The notes under the pieces: model-generated
Database searches by the model: none
What the model was told of the DNA's origin: nothing
Seen by the model: only the letters and a program-made list of their open reading frames with translations
DNA from: Antedon mediterranea
Lineage: Eukaryota > Animalia > Echinodermata
Direction of reading: 5' to 3'
Assembly: GCF_964355755.1 (NCBI RefSeq)
Contig: NC_092677.1
Coordinates: 15,398,101 to 15,462,100 of the forward strand
DNA length: 64,000 nucleotides
Shown: positions 1-12,900 of the stretch, piece by piece
How the letters are laid out: the number at the start of each line of letters is the position of its first letter
Position numbering within the stretch: the stretch's first letter is position 1
Made by a program: the position numbers and the translations under genes

Positions 1-239
1 TGCCACACAGTACAAAAGGTTATTCGTAAATTGAAAAAATCGTAAACTTCTTCCTTGTATGAGCGTACGTCGAGCGATACGTGTCTGTACATATTTCAAA
101 GAGTAGCAAATGAATTGCCGATTTTCACTTGAAAAATAAATACGCATTTTTGGTCCCTGTGATATAACATGATTTTGACGCGAAAACTGGACTACAGCGA
201 GCTAGGCCATGAACGATTCGTACAAAGTACACCGCCAGA

Positions 240-2311
240 AAGCCATTCCAAAAGAATGGAAATGTATTTTAAAATCAACACATGACATTAATGTAAATGA
301 TATACCTATTACAAACAATAAGGTCTTAAATATGACGTCTAGACAATTATATAGATTCATAATAGATGCTCAATATATTACACCTACGGCACAGGTTAAG
401 TGGGAATCCATATTTGGTAATATGCCATGGACAAAAATATGGGTTAAGAAAGTTTCTGGTCTTAAAGAAAAAAAACTGGCACATTTTAATTTTAAATTGT
501 TGCACAGAATATTGCCAACAAATGAAAGATTACATAGGTGGAGACTTGTAAATTCCCCATGTTGTGACACATGCAATGTTATTGAGAATGATAAACATAT
601 GTTAGTAGAGTGCATAACAGTAAAATGTTTATGGAGAGAGATAAACGAAATAATTAGAGCAGTAAGCATACATATTCCTGTTTTTTCTTTCAAAAGACTT
701 TTATTTGAAACTGACAATAATTACGTAAATAAATTATACACTTTAGGAGCATTTTGTATTTATAAAGTAAAGATATTAAGTTTATTGGAAAAAGAAAAAA
801 AAATCAATCTCCTACAAATGTTTAAATCTGAAAAAAAGATAAGAAATATGTAAATCTGCAGGTATACTGTATATGCTCAACCAGATTAAGGAGGAAATAT
901 GTAAATGAGATACCATGAATGATGAATCTATTATGTTTTTTTTTTTTGTTCTTGCTACTATACTGTATGTTTTGTAAATATGTATACCTTGATGATTTGA
1001 AAACAAAAAGACAAAATGTGAAAAGCTTTTTATAGATTGATGATAAGAAAAATGATGAAGGATAAGAAGGTTTAGGTTTAAGTGGGGAAGTGTTTTCATC
1101 AAAGCTTTCATATTATAGGTATATACCGTATATATGTAATTTGCACATTCTTACTGCATGTGGAATTTTGAAATGATTAAATGGTTAAAAAGAAAAAAAA
1201 AATGTCTAATTTTTTTAATGGATCATTAAACACAAATGTTGTTAAATGATAATGTATGTATAAAAAAATAATAGAATAAATAATAAGTAAAAAAAAATAA
1301 TTGAATGAACCCACATAGGAAAAAAAAAGTTAAATGAAACTTTGATGGGTTATACTGTAGATGCAAAAAAGGGATAATCTGTTGGAAATAAATTTTGTAA
1401 ACATTTAAAGATCAAAAAAATCAATGTTAAAGGATGAGGAAAATATAATGTTAACAGTAAAAAGTTAGTAAGTAATTAGTATAACAGAGAATATGCATTG
1501 TTTAAATGAAAATATGTTTGCATAGATAAATCCAAAGAAAAATATAATGGGACAAACCCATGGGATGGATTTATTAAACATAAACGTATTATAATTGTAT
1601 GAAATAAATATGCATGTAGATGAAAAAAAAAACAAAAACAACTATGTAAGAAAAAATAAGCTTTGTTAATGAAAATGTGTTATAGATAATATGTATAAAA
1701 AGAGGAAACTATGTAATCAATGTGGTTAAATGATAATGTATGTATAAACAAAATAATATATGGAAATAGTTTTTTTTTTTTTTTTTTTTTTAGAAAATAA
1801 GTAAAAAAAAAAAAGTGGAATGAATCCACATAAGAGAAGAAAGTAAAAAAGTTAAATGAAAATTTAAGAAGTTATAGATGCAAAAAAGGATCTGCTGGTT
1901 TTGTAAACATTAAAGAACAAAAATATTAATATTAATGTTAAAGGATGAGAACAATATTATGTTAACAGTAAACATTTAGTAAGTAATGAGTATAACAGAG
2001 AATATGCATTGTTAAATGAAAATGTGGTAGATGGAAAAATCAAAAACAACTATGTAAGAAAAAAAATAAGCTTGTTAATGAAAATGTGTTACAGATAATA
2101 TGTTTAAAAAGAGGAAGCTATGTAATCAATGTGATAATATGTAAACAAATGAATAAAACTCTTTAAATAAGTATATGTATACAGATGATTAAACAAACAT
2201 TGTAAATATAATGATATGTATAGTGTATAGTGAAAAATATATGTAAAGAGAACAGTGGGAAATAAAAGTGGGATGAACCCACATAAGATAAAAAAAAAAA
2301 AAAAAAAAAAA
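240..2311 (+). mobile_element. 5'-truncated Tx1/L1-clade LINE (ORF2 C-terminus with zf-RVT-type Cys/His motif, long A-rich 3' UTR, poly(A) tail)
   Basis: ORF 209-853 contains FNFKLLHRILPTN...CDTC...HMLVEC. Poly(A) runs 2290-2314. A 16-bp direct repeat AAAGTACACCGCCAGA at 224-239 and 2312-2327 is the TSD. The 3' UTR has an internal ~485-bp duplication. Confidence 0.9.
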
Positions 2312-3519
2312 AAAGTACACCGCCAGACAATCGCCATCGCCATTTATCATAAATGCTATGTGCGAGAGTACCATTTCCGGCCATCCGGGGGTGTCATTTA
2401 TCAAAATTCGCCTCGCCTCCACCCAAATACGTAGTGTCCGGACCCCCCCCCCCCCACTTGACAGATCCTGGCTACGGCCCTGAATCAACTGGTCTGTAAT
2501 AGTATATAATTCAAGACTTTTGTTCGCAGTGCAGATTTTTTGATCTTAACCGTTTTCAAATTGTATATAAAAGTAATACAAGGAAAATGTACAGTGTAAC
2601 TATAGGAATGACTCGACTTACGGCTTTTGTTCCCTGCCTCACCCAACATACCGTCAAACAATGAGTGTTCCTTTCGACTATTAAGCGTTCAGCAACCTTC
2701 ATAAAGAGTAGTTTTTATTCATCATTGTTGGTGTTCATTGAAAGTGATCGGTTTTTATATGTAATTTTAATGTATGTCACTCAAGTCCGAGAAATGTAAG
2801 ATATACTTAAATGTGTACCCTTTTACTTATTTTATATTCAACTTTTTTATGGTGAACAGAAAATCCTGACAATCAATGTGGCTTCACAAAAACCTTTAAA
2901 ATCAAACCCTTAAACAAATCGCTTTTGATAATAGCCCTTAACTCTCTACAGAGCCTTTTTATTTTTAAATTGATTTCCTTGAGGTAGGTGCTTGACAATA
3001 GTAGAATATCAAAGAGCTTTTGCTATCGTTATTAACTTGTACTTTATTTACAACACTAGGGGGTGAGTTCGCTCGCCTCTCTAGGAAGTGTATACGATAG
3101 GGGTGAGCTGTGAGTGAGTGTAGACGATGGTTCTCGGAATTATAATGACTCGGGTAAAAAGCTTTTAGAAGAAAGTTCTCTTTGTACATTTTCTGTCGGT
3201 TACCATTATTGAAAATGTTTGACATTCGTAAAACTAAACCTACTCTGTTTCACAGTGTCTTAGATGATTAATAACATTTTAAAGTATAAGGTTTATTGTT
3301 TGGTAGGGCCTTTATAGGGCGGAGGGGCGGAGGCGGAGTTAAGGGAAGTGCTTATTCGAGGGATATGTTTAATTTTGTTATTTTAATAATATGGTAACAT
3401 TTGTAATCAAATCAAATCCTCTGATAGATATGAAAGTGGTAAAAAATAATAAGTGCTTGGTACATTGTAGATAACAGTGCGATGAATTCAACTACAAATG
3501 GTGTAATTGTGTCATAAAT

Positions 3520-4260
3520 ATAATAGTACATACATTTATTCAATATTCAACCGTTTACATAGTTTATGGGTTAAGATACACAGAAGCCAAAGTGGCTTGT
3601 CTTTGTAGTCCTAAGCATAAACATAAAACATATACGGACGCATTACATTATCAAAAAATGACATTTTGAGACAGAAAAAGAAAAAAAACAAAGTGAGATT
3701 AGGCAAAATATTTACAACCCCAATTATGCAGTAGCAATAGTAGCTAGCAATATGTTTCAAATATCATCTTTTTAATATTGTACTTTAGCATAGGGAGCGA
3801 GGTCATGTGATTTTGTTCTAGAGTAGACTGGAGTTTATTCCAGTAAGTTGGTCCTTCAATGAAAATTGATCTTTTATTAATTTCTAATCTACTGTGTGGA
3901 ATATATACGGTATCTTATTTGCGTTTCTTAATGTCTTTAAGTGATCAGTTTTAGGGTTTAAATCAATCAGGTTGTTTATAGTGATGGGAAATTCCTGGAG
4001 ATGATATTTGAACATAAAGCATGCAATTTGAATTTTATTTATATCGTATATATTTAACATTTTTAAACTTTGTAATAGTAGTTTGGAGGCTGTTCTCATC
4101 GGTGATTTAGTAATCATTCTAGCTATACGTTTTTGTAATTTATGTATTTTTTCTAAGTTTGTTGGATATTCATTTCCCCATATTATATTGCAGTAATAGA
4201 GGTGTGGTAAGCTAAACGCATTGTACAAATTTAAAAGAATATGTTTAGGAAATACAATAT
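3520..4260 (-). mobile_element. CR1/L2-like LINE 3' fragment (RT C-terminus plus 3' UTR)
   Basis: Minus ORF 3884-4228 reads YNAFSLPHLYYCNIIWG...LQKRIARMI. The 3' UTR segment is repeated at ~7975-8190. Confidence 0.75.
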
Positions 4261-5940
4261 AGTGTGTATAAATGTGGATGGGCGTTTATTAGATAGTTGA
4301 GTTGGTGGAGGCGCGATTATTATTGAAATTGATGTTTTATTGGGGAGGCGTAAATTTAAATAAATACCATCCTAATAATTAATACATTATTTAATTTAAA
4401 CATCTTTTGAACTTCCGAGTGGGCCAGTTCGGCCAAGAAGGAAAACGTTTTATACGGCTTGCAACATGGGTAGACATCCCGAACCTAACGGGAAACAGAT
4501 AACCTGCAGTTATTTCTGCCAGCGTACTCAATAAAACTCGGCTAGGATTTCACTAGATTTTAAATAAAATGTCTTATCATCAGATCTCCCTATGCAATTT
4601 TATAATACTATTCCCCACAATAATTCCGATGCTTTATGGCGTAAATTTAATTTGATCTTTATTAATTTGCAGTATAATTTTCATTTTTTAACTACTGTAC
4701 CTTCACACGCGCGGTCCGATCCGAAAATAAACAAACAAGCACGAATGTGCGATACTCGGGGTACAGCAAAAGAAGCTGTAATGACGTCATAAGACGGGAT
4801 GTGACGTCACATACAGTACACATCAAATAACCTCGGTACCAAATACGGCTATACGGTACCATCTTCGAGACGTCATATGGCTGCATCCGGTTTAAAATTA
4901 AAAAATCCTGCTCTATAGCTTTGTGCACATGTCCCTGTAGTATATTCATGCCAAATCCCAACTCAATACTACAACGAATACTTGACTTGACTTGACTTGA
5001 ATAGAATAGGGGAGGAGTAGTACTTTTAAAAATCGCACCTTTTACTCAATAGTGTCGGATGGAGGAGAATATGAGAGTCCTAGACTCAGGTACCCCGAGT
5101 AAAAACTAAAATGGCTATAGCTTAGTTAAAACCAGGTAGTTAATGAACGCGTAAACTCATTGTAAACCCGGAAATTACTTTGACCGCGTACAATTGAAAT
5201 TGAGTTGAAAATCTACCGATGAAATCAGAAATTTTGTTTTAAAACTCTTTATAATATCTTCCTAAGAACAAAATCGTAATAGTGACAACTAATGTTATCA
5301 AATTTACATTTCGCGGTACATCTGAGATAGATCAGGTAGATATCGAAGGCAGAGATTTGTCCCGAAGTTTTTTTTATTGTGCTCACCTATATGAGTATTG
5401 GACATAATTTATATATAGATTCATCATAATTAACAGCAATAGGTTACTTGGACTGTACAATAATCTTATCACACAATAAATAACATATATTGTTAAAATA
5501 TGCTAGAATATTTTATTATTAATATTTTATCCTGTATTGTTGTTTACACGATTGGATAAAAAAGACTAGTGTTTAGTGTAATGAATTAAGTGTAACATTA
5601 TTTAGTTGACTCTACTCAACCAACACAAAGTATAACGGTTGCTCTGTTCAAGTAACTTGGTATTTTTTGTACTGTAGTTAGCATGTCAGTTCTCATTATC
5701 AATCTAAATATAGTTTGTAAAGCTAATGCATATTATTATAATGAATAATGTTCGCCTTTTAAATGTATAACAATTGGCCCTAAATTAGCTCTAGGGCACG
5801 TGCTGTCTGCAAAGGGAAATCATTCAGCCAAGGATAAAGAGGTATAATATAATTACAACAACAAATGCGATTACACTCTGCATTTTTTACTCTTTAATTA
5901 TTTCTCTCGTTTCTTGTGGTTAGTTTGTAAATACATCAGT

Positions 5941-6042
5941 TTTTAGTCGCTTGCAACGCGACTCTACAGCTCACTATGTCGGTCGGTTGGTCGGTAAGCA
6001 CTGACTTGAGCACTCGATTGCAGCCATGTATATGGCCTTGTT
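5941..6042 (+). mobile_element. Short DINE-1/HINE-like (Helentron-associated) non-autonomous element
   Basis: Starts TTTT AGTCGC..GCGACT hairpin, then a (GTCG)n tract and a 3' GCAGCCATGTATATGGCCTTG stem. Related copies are at ~10385-10460, 15958-16802, 38565-38670 and 55092-55210. Confidence 0.6.
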
Positions 6043-6754
6043 AAAATAGGTAGCAGAGGCGGATACAATGCGGCAACCCACCTCTTTAAAAAAATATTTT
6101 TTTCAATATATTTTTCAAATTATTTGTGTATATTTAATGATTATTTTTCGGCTGTTCTCTGTCCGATATGGCTACTAAATTCAAATACGTAATTACCAAA
6201 TGTATCGTTCATTATGTGTGTACTTCCTGTTTTTTGTTTGTGTTTTGTTCTGTCCTTTTTTTATTTCTCACAATGCATTACATTTATTACACCTGGCTTC
6301 TCCTCCACAATTGCAATTGGAGTAATCAAATTGATGTATTACTTCTAGGGATCTAGCCTCTCCAATTCCTAAATTATACATTACTGATATGATATAACTT
6401 AAGGCTAGCCTCTACGCCTAGCAAGGAAGTCTTGAAGTAGTTATTGAATAGTGAATTATTATTTAGAACCGTATTTAAGGAATATATCTCACTTAAATGT
6501 TATTTGCATAAACTCTGTGTAGGCAGCATTTCGTGAAACACCAACTACAGTATTCAAGTTCAAGTTCATAAATAAAATACAATAAACTTGAATTAATAAA
6601 TATAATTGTGTGAAGAGGACGACGCATTCATTATTTTTTTCTGTTTCACAAACTGTATTTCTACATTACTAGGCATATATGAATATTTTTTTAAATTTAT
6701 TTAAAAACGATATATGTACACATTCATTTAACTAATACTTCTGAATTTTCCTAG

Positions 6755-6910
6755 ATGTTTGCACTTTACCACATGATTCTGGAACATGCGCAGGAACTTC
6801 AGTGGTGCGATATTACTTTGACGGAACGACATGCCTGGCATTTGCCTATATTTGCAATGGAAATGGAAACAATTTTTTAAGCCCATCAGCATGTGCAGAT
6901 GCATGCCAAG
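6755..6910 (+). CDS. Kunitz domain exon K1
   Basis: [52 protein letters not shown]; ctag|...G|gtag. Confidence 0.9.
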
Positions 6911-9900
6911 GTAGAATGTCTGATCCCTAATCTAAAGTTTTTTTACACTTTATAAATGTAGCTTGAACATGCATAACTTTAACGGTGTGATGATTGATGG
7001 CATCACATGTGACAAATTTACCTAATATCATAGTAAGAGAAATAGAAACATTTTATATACCTAATCACGCATTTGAAATGAATAATTTTACATTTAGACA
7101 TGTTCTCTTCATGAATTATGTACTGTTATAAATGTTATGTCTTATGTTTTATTTTGTTGTTAGTTGCTTCATGTGATAGCTCTCCTTGTCTTAATGGAGG
7201 TACTTGTGCCAACACTGATACAGGCTACAGTTGTACATGTACAAGTTTGTATACTGGCACAATGTGTGAAACACTAGGTAAGATCACGCCAACAATTCCA
7301 TAATTATGTGGTATTTGATGGCATCACAACCATTTACCTAATATCATACTAATAGAAAATAAAATATTTTATATGCCTAACATATTTGAAAAGGATATTA
7401 ACACATTGATATACTTTCTCTCCATGAATTGTTTATGTACTGTTATATTTTTATTTGTTTATTAGTTAAATACTGACTTAACTTCCATGCCTACAAATAA
7501 ATGCTGAATGACGTAGTTAAGTTGAATATTAATGTTGGTATATTTCCAACAAACAACTACTATGAAATTATAGAACTAAATTTATGGGAAAATAAACTTA
7601 TCGCTTTAAAGAAAGAATCACTATATTTTAAATCTCGGATATACTTTGAATATAATACTATGAGAGACGTAATACACGAAAATAGAATACTAATATCACG
7701 GAAAATAATACCTAAAATTTTTTAAAAAGAAATGAACTGATAGAATGTATTTCTTTTGTAAATGTAATTCCAAATGAATGGAAGATGATTATAGCAAATG
7801 AAGTTAATATACAAGATAATAGAAGCAATAGTGATTTTCTGTTTAAAAGTAACCGTAAAGCAACTTTTTATTATAATCATTAGCAAAAATACTGCTTCAA
7901 TATCACAAATGAAATGGTATTTTCAACTAAATGACAATAATTTAACTGGGAAGAAGTTTTTTTTTTCTTTTTAAAAAATAAAAACAACAACATTTATTCA
8001 ACATAAACAGACAGTTGACATTGTTTATGGTCAAGACACACAGAAGCCAACGTGGCTTGTTTTTGTAGTCTCTAAGCATAAAACATAAAACATAGACGGA
8101 CGCATTGCAATTATAAAAAAAATGACACAGAGACAAAAAAAGAAAAAAACAAAGTGAGATCAAGCAAAATAGTTACAACTCCATGATGCAGTGTACCCAT
8201 CCAATTTGGACCACCGTCGGGTTTCAGAGATTTCGCTCCTGATGTCTACGGCTGACTTTCGCAGCCAGCCGCAGCCGTCAGTCAGTTCTGGACATCCCAG
8301 GACTGACTGAGTGAGTTGTATGATTTAACACAAAAATCGTCCAGTTTAATTTTAAGTCGTTGCATTGGATTCTACCTTGTAAGTTTTATTAAGAGATAAA
8401 TGTAGAAAATTCCAGAGTTAAGGTCAGGTGTATACAAAGGTGTTAGTTTTAAGACTGGCTCGAATGAGTGGCAGGTGATAATGATATTATTGTGTTTTTT
8501 GATAAGTGTAAAATTGTTTATTGTGTGTGAATTTACTAGATATTATGAGTGACAAGTGTCCAGCGGTTATTTGAAACATGGTGACACCGACATTAGGTAT
8601 ATGCAGGTCCTCGATTTAAACATTTTTTGTGTGTTAAAAATCATGGTAAACTCACATAAAACACCACTGTTAGTTAGTTAGTAGTAGTTCATCACTGTTT
8701 TATATTACGATTCTGTGTTGATTTTTATAATATTTTCCCATTAAGTATATTACGTGCATTACCGATGTTGGTACGAGGTATTGGACAGAACATTCTCTTG
8801 TATCATGGGGAAAAGAATTTATTTTTCTATGGTTGCAAATGTATTTGCTTTTGTAGTGAGTATTTGCGTTAGTTCTAACTGCCAACTCTCAAACATCTTC
8901 CAGCCAGTCGTTTACTGTTTTATCGTAATTTTATATTTGTTATCTTTATCAGTTACAACTCCATGTGATAGTTCTCCTTGTCTTAATGGAGGTACTTGTG
9001 GCAACGTTGCTACAGGCTACAGTTGTACATGTACAGGCTCATATACTGGCACCAGATGTGAAACACCGGTCACAGGTTAGTTGGAATTGTATTTCTGTCC
9101 TCGTAATATTGTTATAGATCGCAGTGTGCTCTTCATGACCAGATTTTTTAATAAACTATGCAAAAGAACAACATTTATTTTACCTTATTCTTAATTTTCG
9201 TAGATGTTTGCACTTTACCACATGATTCTGGAACATGCGCAGGAACTTCAGTGGTGCGATATTACTTTGACGGAACGACATGCCTGGCATTTGCCTATAT
9301 TTGCAATGGAAATGGAAACAATTTTTTAAGCCCATCAGCATGTGCAGATGCATGCCAAGGTAGAATGTCTTATCCCTAATCTAAAGTTTTTTTACACTTT
9401 ATAAATGTAGCTTGAACATGCATAACTTCAACGGTGTGATGATTGATGGCATCACATGTGACAAATTTACCTAATATCAATTGAAATGAATATTTTACAT
9501 TTAGACATGTTCTCTTCATGAATTATGTACTGTTATAAATGTTATGTCTTATGTTTTATTTTGTTGTTAGTTACTTCATGTGATAGTTCTCCTTGTCTTA
9601 ATGGAGGTACTTGTGCCAACACTGATACAGGCTACAGTTGTACATGTACAAGTTTGTATACTGGCACAAGGTGTGAAACACTAGGTAAGATCACGCTAAC
9701 AAAGGTAGTTTATCACCAGCATAAATATTCTGGGAGGTAGATGTAAAAGGTTACCTAAAAACTTCCATTGTCCAATGTTTCATACAGTAATATCAATAAT
9801 TGTCAAAGAGTTATGTTGAAAATTACTTCAATCACTCAACTTACTATTTGAACTATCTGACATTTCCATTCTATGCTGTATGCCTACTTCTGGACCCCAT

Positions 9901-12900
9901 GCCTCTCATTGTCCAACAGAGACACTTGCACCCGTTCTGTGACAATGTTACCGTTGTTTATTATATTATTGTAATGTGTTTTGTGTGCGTTTCTTATTAG
10001 TTACAACTCCATGTGCTAGTAATCCTTGTCTTAATGGAGGTGCTTGCACCAACACTGCTACAGGCTTCAGTTGTACATGTACAAGCTCGTATACTGGTAC
10101 AAGATGTGAAATACTGGTTACAGGTTAGTTAGTATTGGTTTGTAATCGATAACTTTTATGAACAACAATAAAACGAATGTTATGGTTTGAGATGTCAAAA
10201 TGTTTGTAACAGTCACAGTACAAAAACAGGGACACTACCTACCATTAATTTAGAATAATCCTGTGTTTAAATATGCTAACACACACACATATATATATAT
10301 ATATCAAAAAGCTAAATCAAAAGTTAGCAGAGCTTTCGGGCAACACTAGCCCTTCATCAGTGCAAGTGAAGGAATTTGGATGCCCAAATTTGAGTTAGTG
10401 CTTAGTGCTTACTGACTGACCCACATAGTATAGAGTCGCGTTGCACGCACGCGACTAAAGTTACAAAGTTATAGTGATGCTGGTAGCAGCCGATATTAAA
10501 GTTAGTTATCAGTTTCTTCATTTAAAGCATATATTTTACATATTATTTTCATTGGCCATTTAGCTTGTACTAGTAGCCCTTGTCTTAATGGAGGTACTTG
10601 TACCAGTGTGACTACGGGCTACAGCTGTACATGTACAAGTACATACACTGGCACAAGATGTGAAACGCTCGTAGAAGTAGGTAAGTTTTCAATTGCTAAA
10701 ACAAGTAGAAATATATGGCTCATTGCTTATGTTTAATGGTGACTCTGCTATACTTGATCTCAATTTACTATATGCTAAACGAATCATGTATAAGTATAAG
10801 AGTATGTTGATCCAGAAACAGAGTGTCACCACAACCCACAATTATTATATTTTCTTATGACTTCATTTTTATATAATTATCTAAATTGGTAAGATGTGTG
10901 TGCTTTTCCCGTTGAATCTGGTCCATGCAATACGCAAGTCTCAGTTCTGCGATACTATTACAACAGTGCTATGGCAGCTTGTAATGCATTTGTATATTTC
11001 TGCGAGGGAAATGGCAACAACTTTGAAAGCATGATGGATTGTGAAACGCAATGCAATGGTAAGAGTTTTCATTAACTTATGTCTTATGTTCGTGTGGTTT
11101 TCCCAGTAATCGCCATAATACATATACCATTTAAATGTAGTGGAGTTGGGCTTGGTGCTTATGATACTTGGCTACCAATCTATGGGTCCTGGGTTCAAGT
11201 CCTGTCATATGTCTCAGGATGTCAGAACTCCACTCCCAAAGACTTGTAATAAGTTTTTGTTTGTTTAGAGCATCTTGTGTATTTGTTGAGAGAAGGAAAG
11301 TGATTGAGTTCACTTGTGGTTATTCTTGACAATTTGCCTAAAATTGAAAAAAAGCAGCATTGAGTGAACCACAAAAGGTCACAGTAAATTAAACTTCAGG
11401 AGTCTCCATTCAGGAGACACAAGTCAGGAGTCCAGAGGTGTCCCCCATTACGGTTCTACTGTATACAGTTGTATAAAACTAAAAATAAAATGATATGTTT
11501 TTGTATAGTACAATGGCTATCTTTGCCAGCTGATGAGAACTTCTTATAATTGTTATTAAACTGTTTGTTAATTGCTTGCCGATATTTAGGTAACTGAACT
11601 AAATAACTTCATTATTATGTAATATCTATAGTTGCAGCAAATCCATGCAGCAGTTCTCCTTGTAGTAACATGGGTACCTGTAATAATATGGGAACAGCGT
11701 ATAGCTGTACATGCCTTAGTGGTTACACTGGAACAACATGTGAAACTATTGGTAAGTAGGACAGGGTGAAGCCTCATTTTCCAGTTAAGCTTGACTTTTA
11801 ACTTTTACGTCGTATACATAGTCCATGACGCAGGCCAAAAAAATCATATAAAGGTTATGATGGCCTTTACGGTAGTAGACGGATACCGTTTCACACTTAT
11901 CTACCTATTATTACAAAATACGCCTACGAGAAATGTTAACACGTGTGTGTTATCAAAAAGATTTAGCATTGACAAAAGATAGAAAATAAAATTCACATTT
12001 GAGATTACACTCCCACGTTTTATAAATAATACTTATTATCGTTCAACCTTATGTAGATCTACTGTGCAAATGTATTTGTGTGTTTAATGTAAACTTTACC
12101 TATTCATGTGCATGAAAACAATTCTTTCTCAATCTTTTTGCATTGTAGTCGCAACCCCATGTGATAGTAGCCCCTGTCTTAATGGAGGTACTTGTATCAG
12201 TTTGACCACAGGCTACAGCTGTACATGTACCAACTCGTACACTGGTACAAGATGTGAAACATTAGGTATGTCTGTAGTAACATTACAGTTATCTTCAGGA
12301 GCTGAACAATAATCTCTATCACAGCAGCAACTTACTATAACTATTATCCTCATCTTTACCCAACATAATTTTTATTTTGAGAAAATGCATTTTGTATAAC
12401 AAGAGTTTGCAACGAGAGTTAGTAGGCCTAATAAGCGAGAGATCGGAAACGGAAGAAAGACGACATCTGTACACAACTACCTGTATGTTTTAAATTAACA
12501 ATAATGTATTGTCATTTGTATATTATTATAACTGTTTCGTCTGTCTACGTGTCACCTACCATCTATTCTTATTTTATTGTTAATGTTAGTTACTACTCCG
12601 TGTGATAGCTCACCTTGTCTTAATGGAGGTTCTTGTGTCAATGATGATATAAATTTCAGTTGTTCATGTACAAGTTCATATAGTGGTACAACATGTGAAA
12701 CACCTGGTACGTTTTTCTGATTGTACTCACAATATTTAATTTTGTTTGTCTTATTGCAAAAAAACAATCAGAAACAAAATATCCACTTACAATACTATTT
12801 AAAAAACCAATACTTTCTAAACTACAGTTATTCTAATATGATGCTAAAGTAACGCATTCTTTAATTCGAATTGAGAAACATTTTTGGTGACATAGCCAGG

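Noticed and set aside
4400-6700. Search for the start/signal-peptide exon of the EGF/Kunitz gene
   Set aside because: No convincing ATG + hydrophobic stretch + phase-1 donor was found. It probably lies upstream of the window or is too short to see.
8171-8185. 15-bp match AGTTACAACTCCATG to the exon start at 8951-8965 as a TSD or split exon
   Set aside because: The first copy aligns with the LINE 3' UTR homologue at ~3710-3730, so chance similarity is likely.
11530-11545. Additional CTGATGA hammerhead core
   Set aside because: No stem II or GAAA follows.
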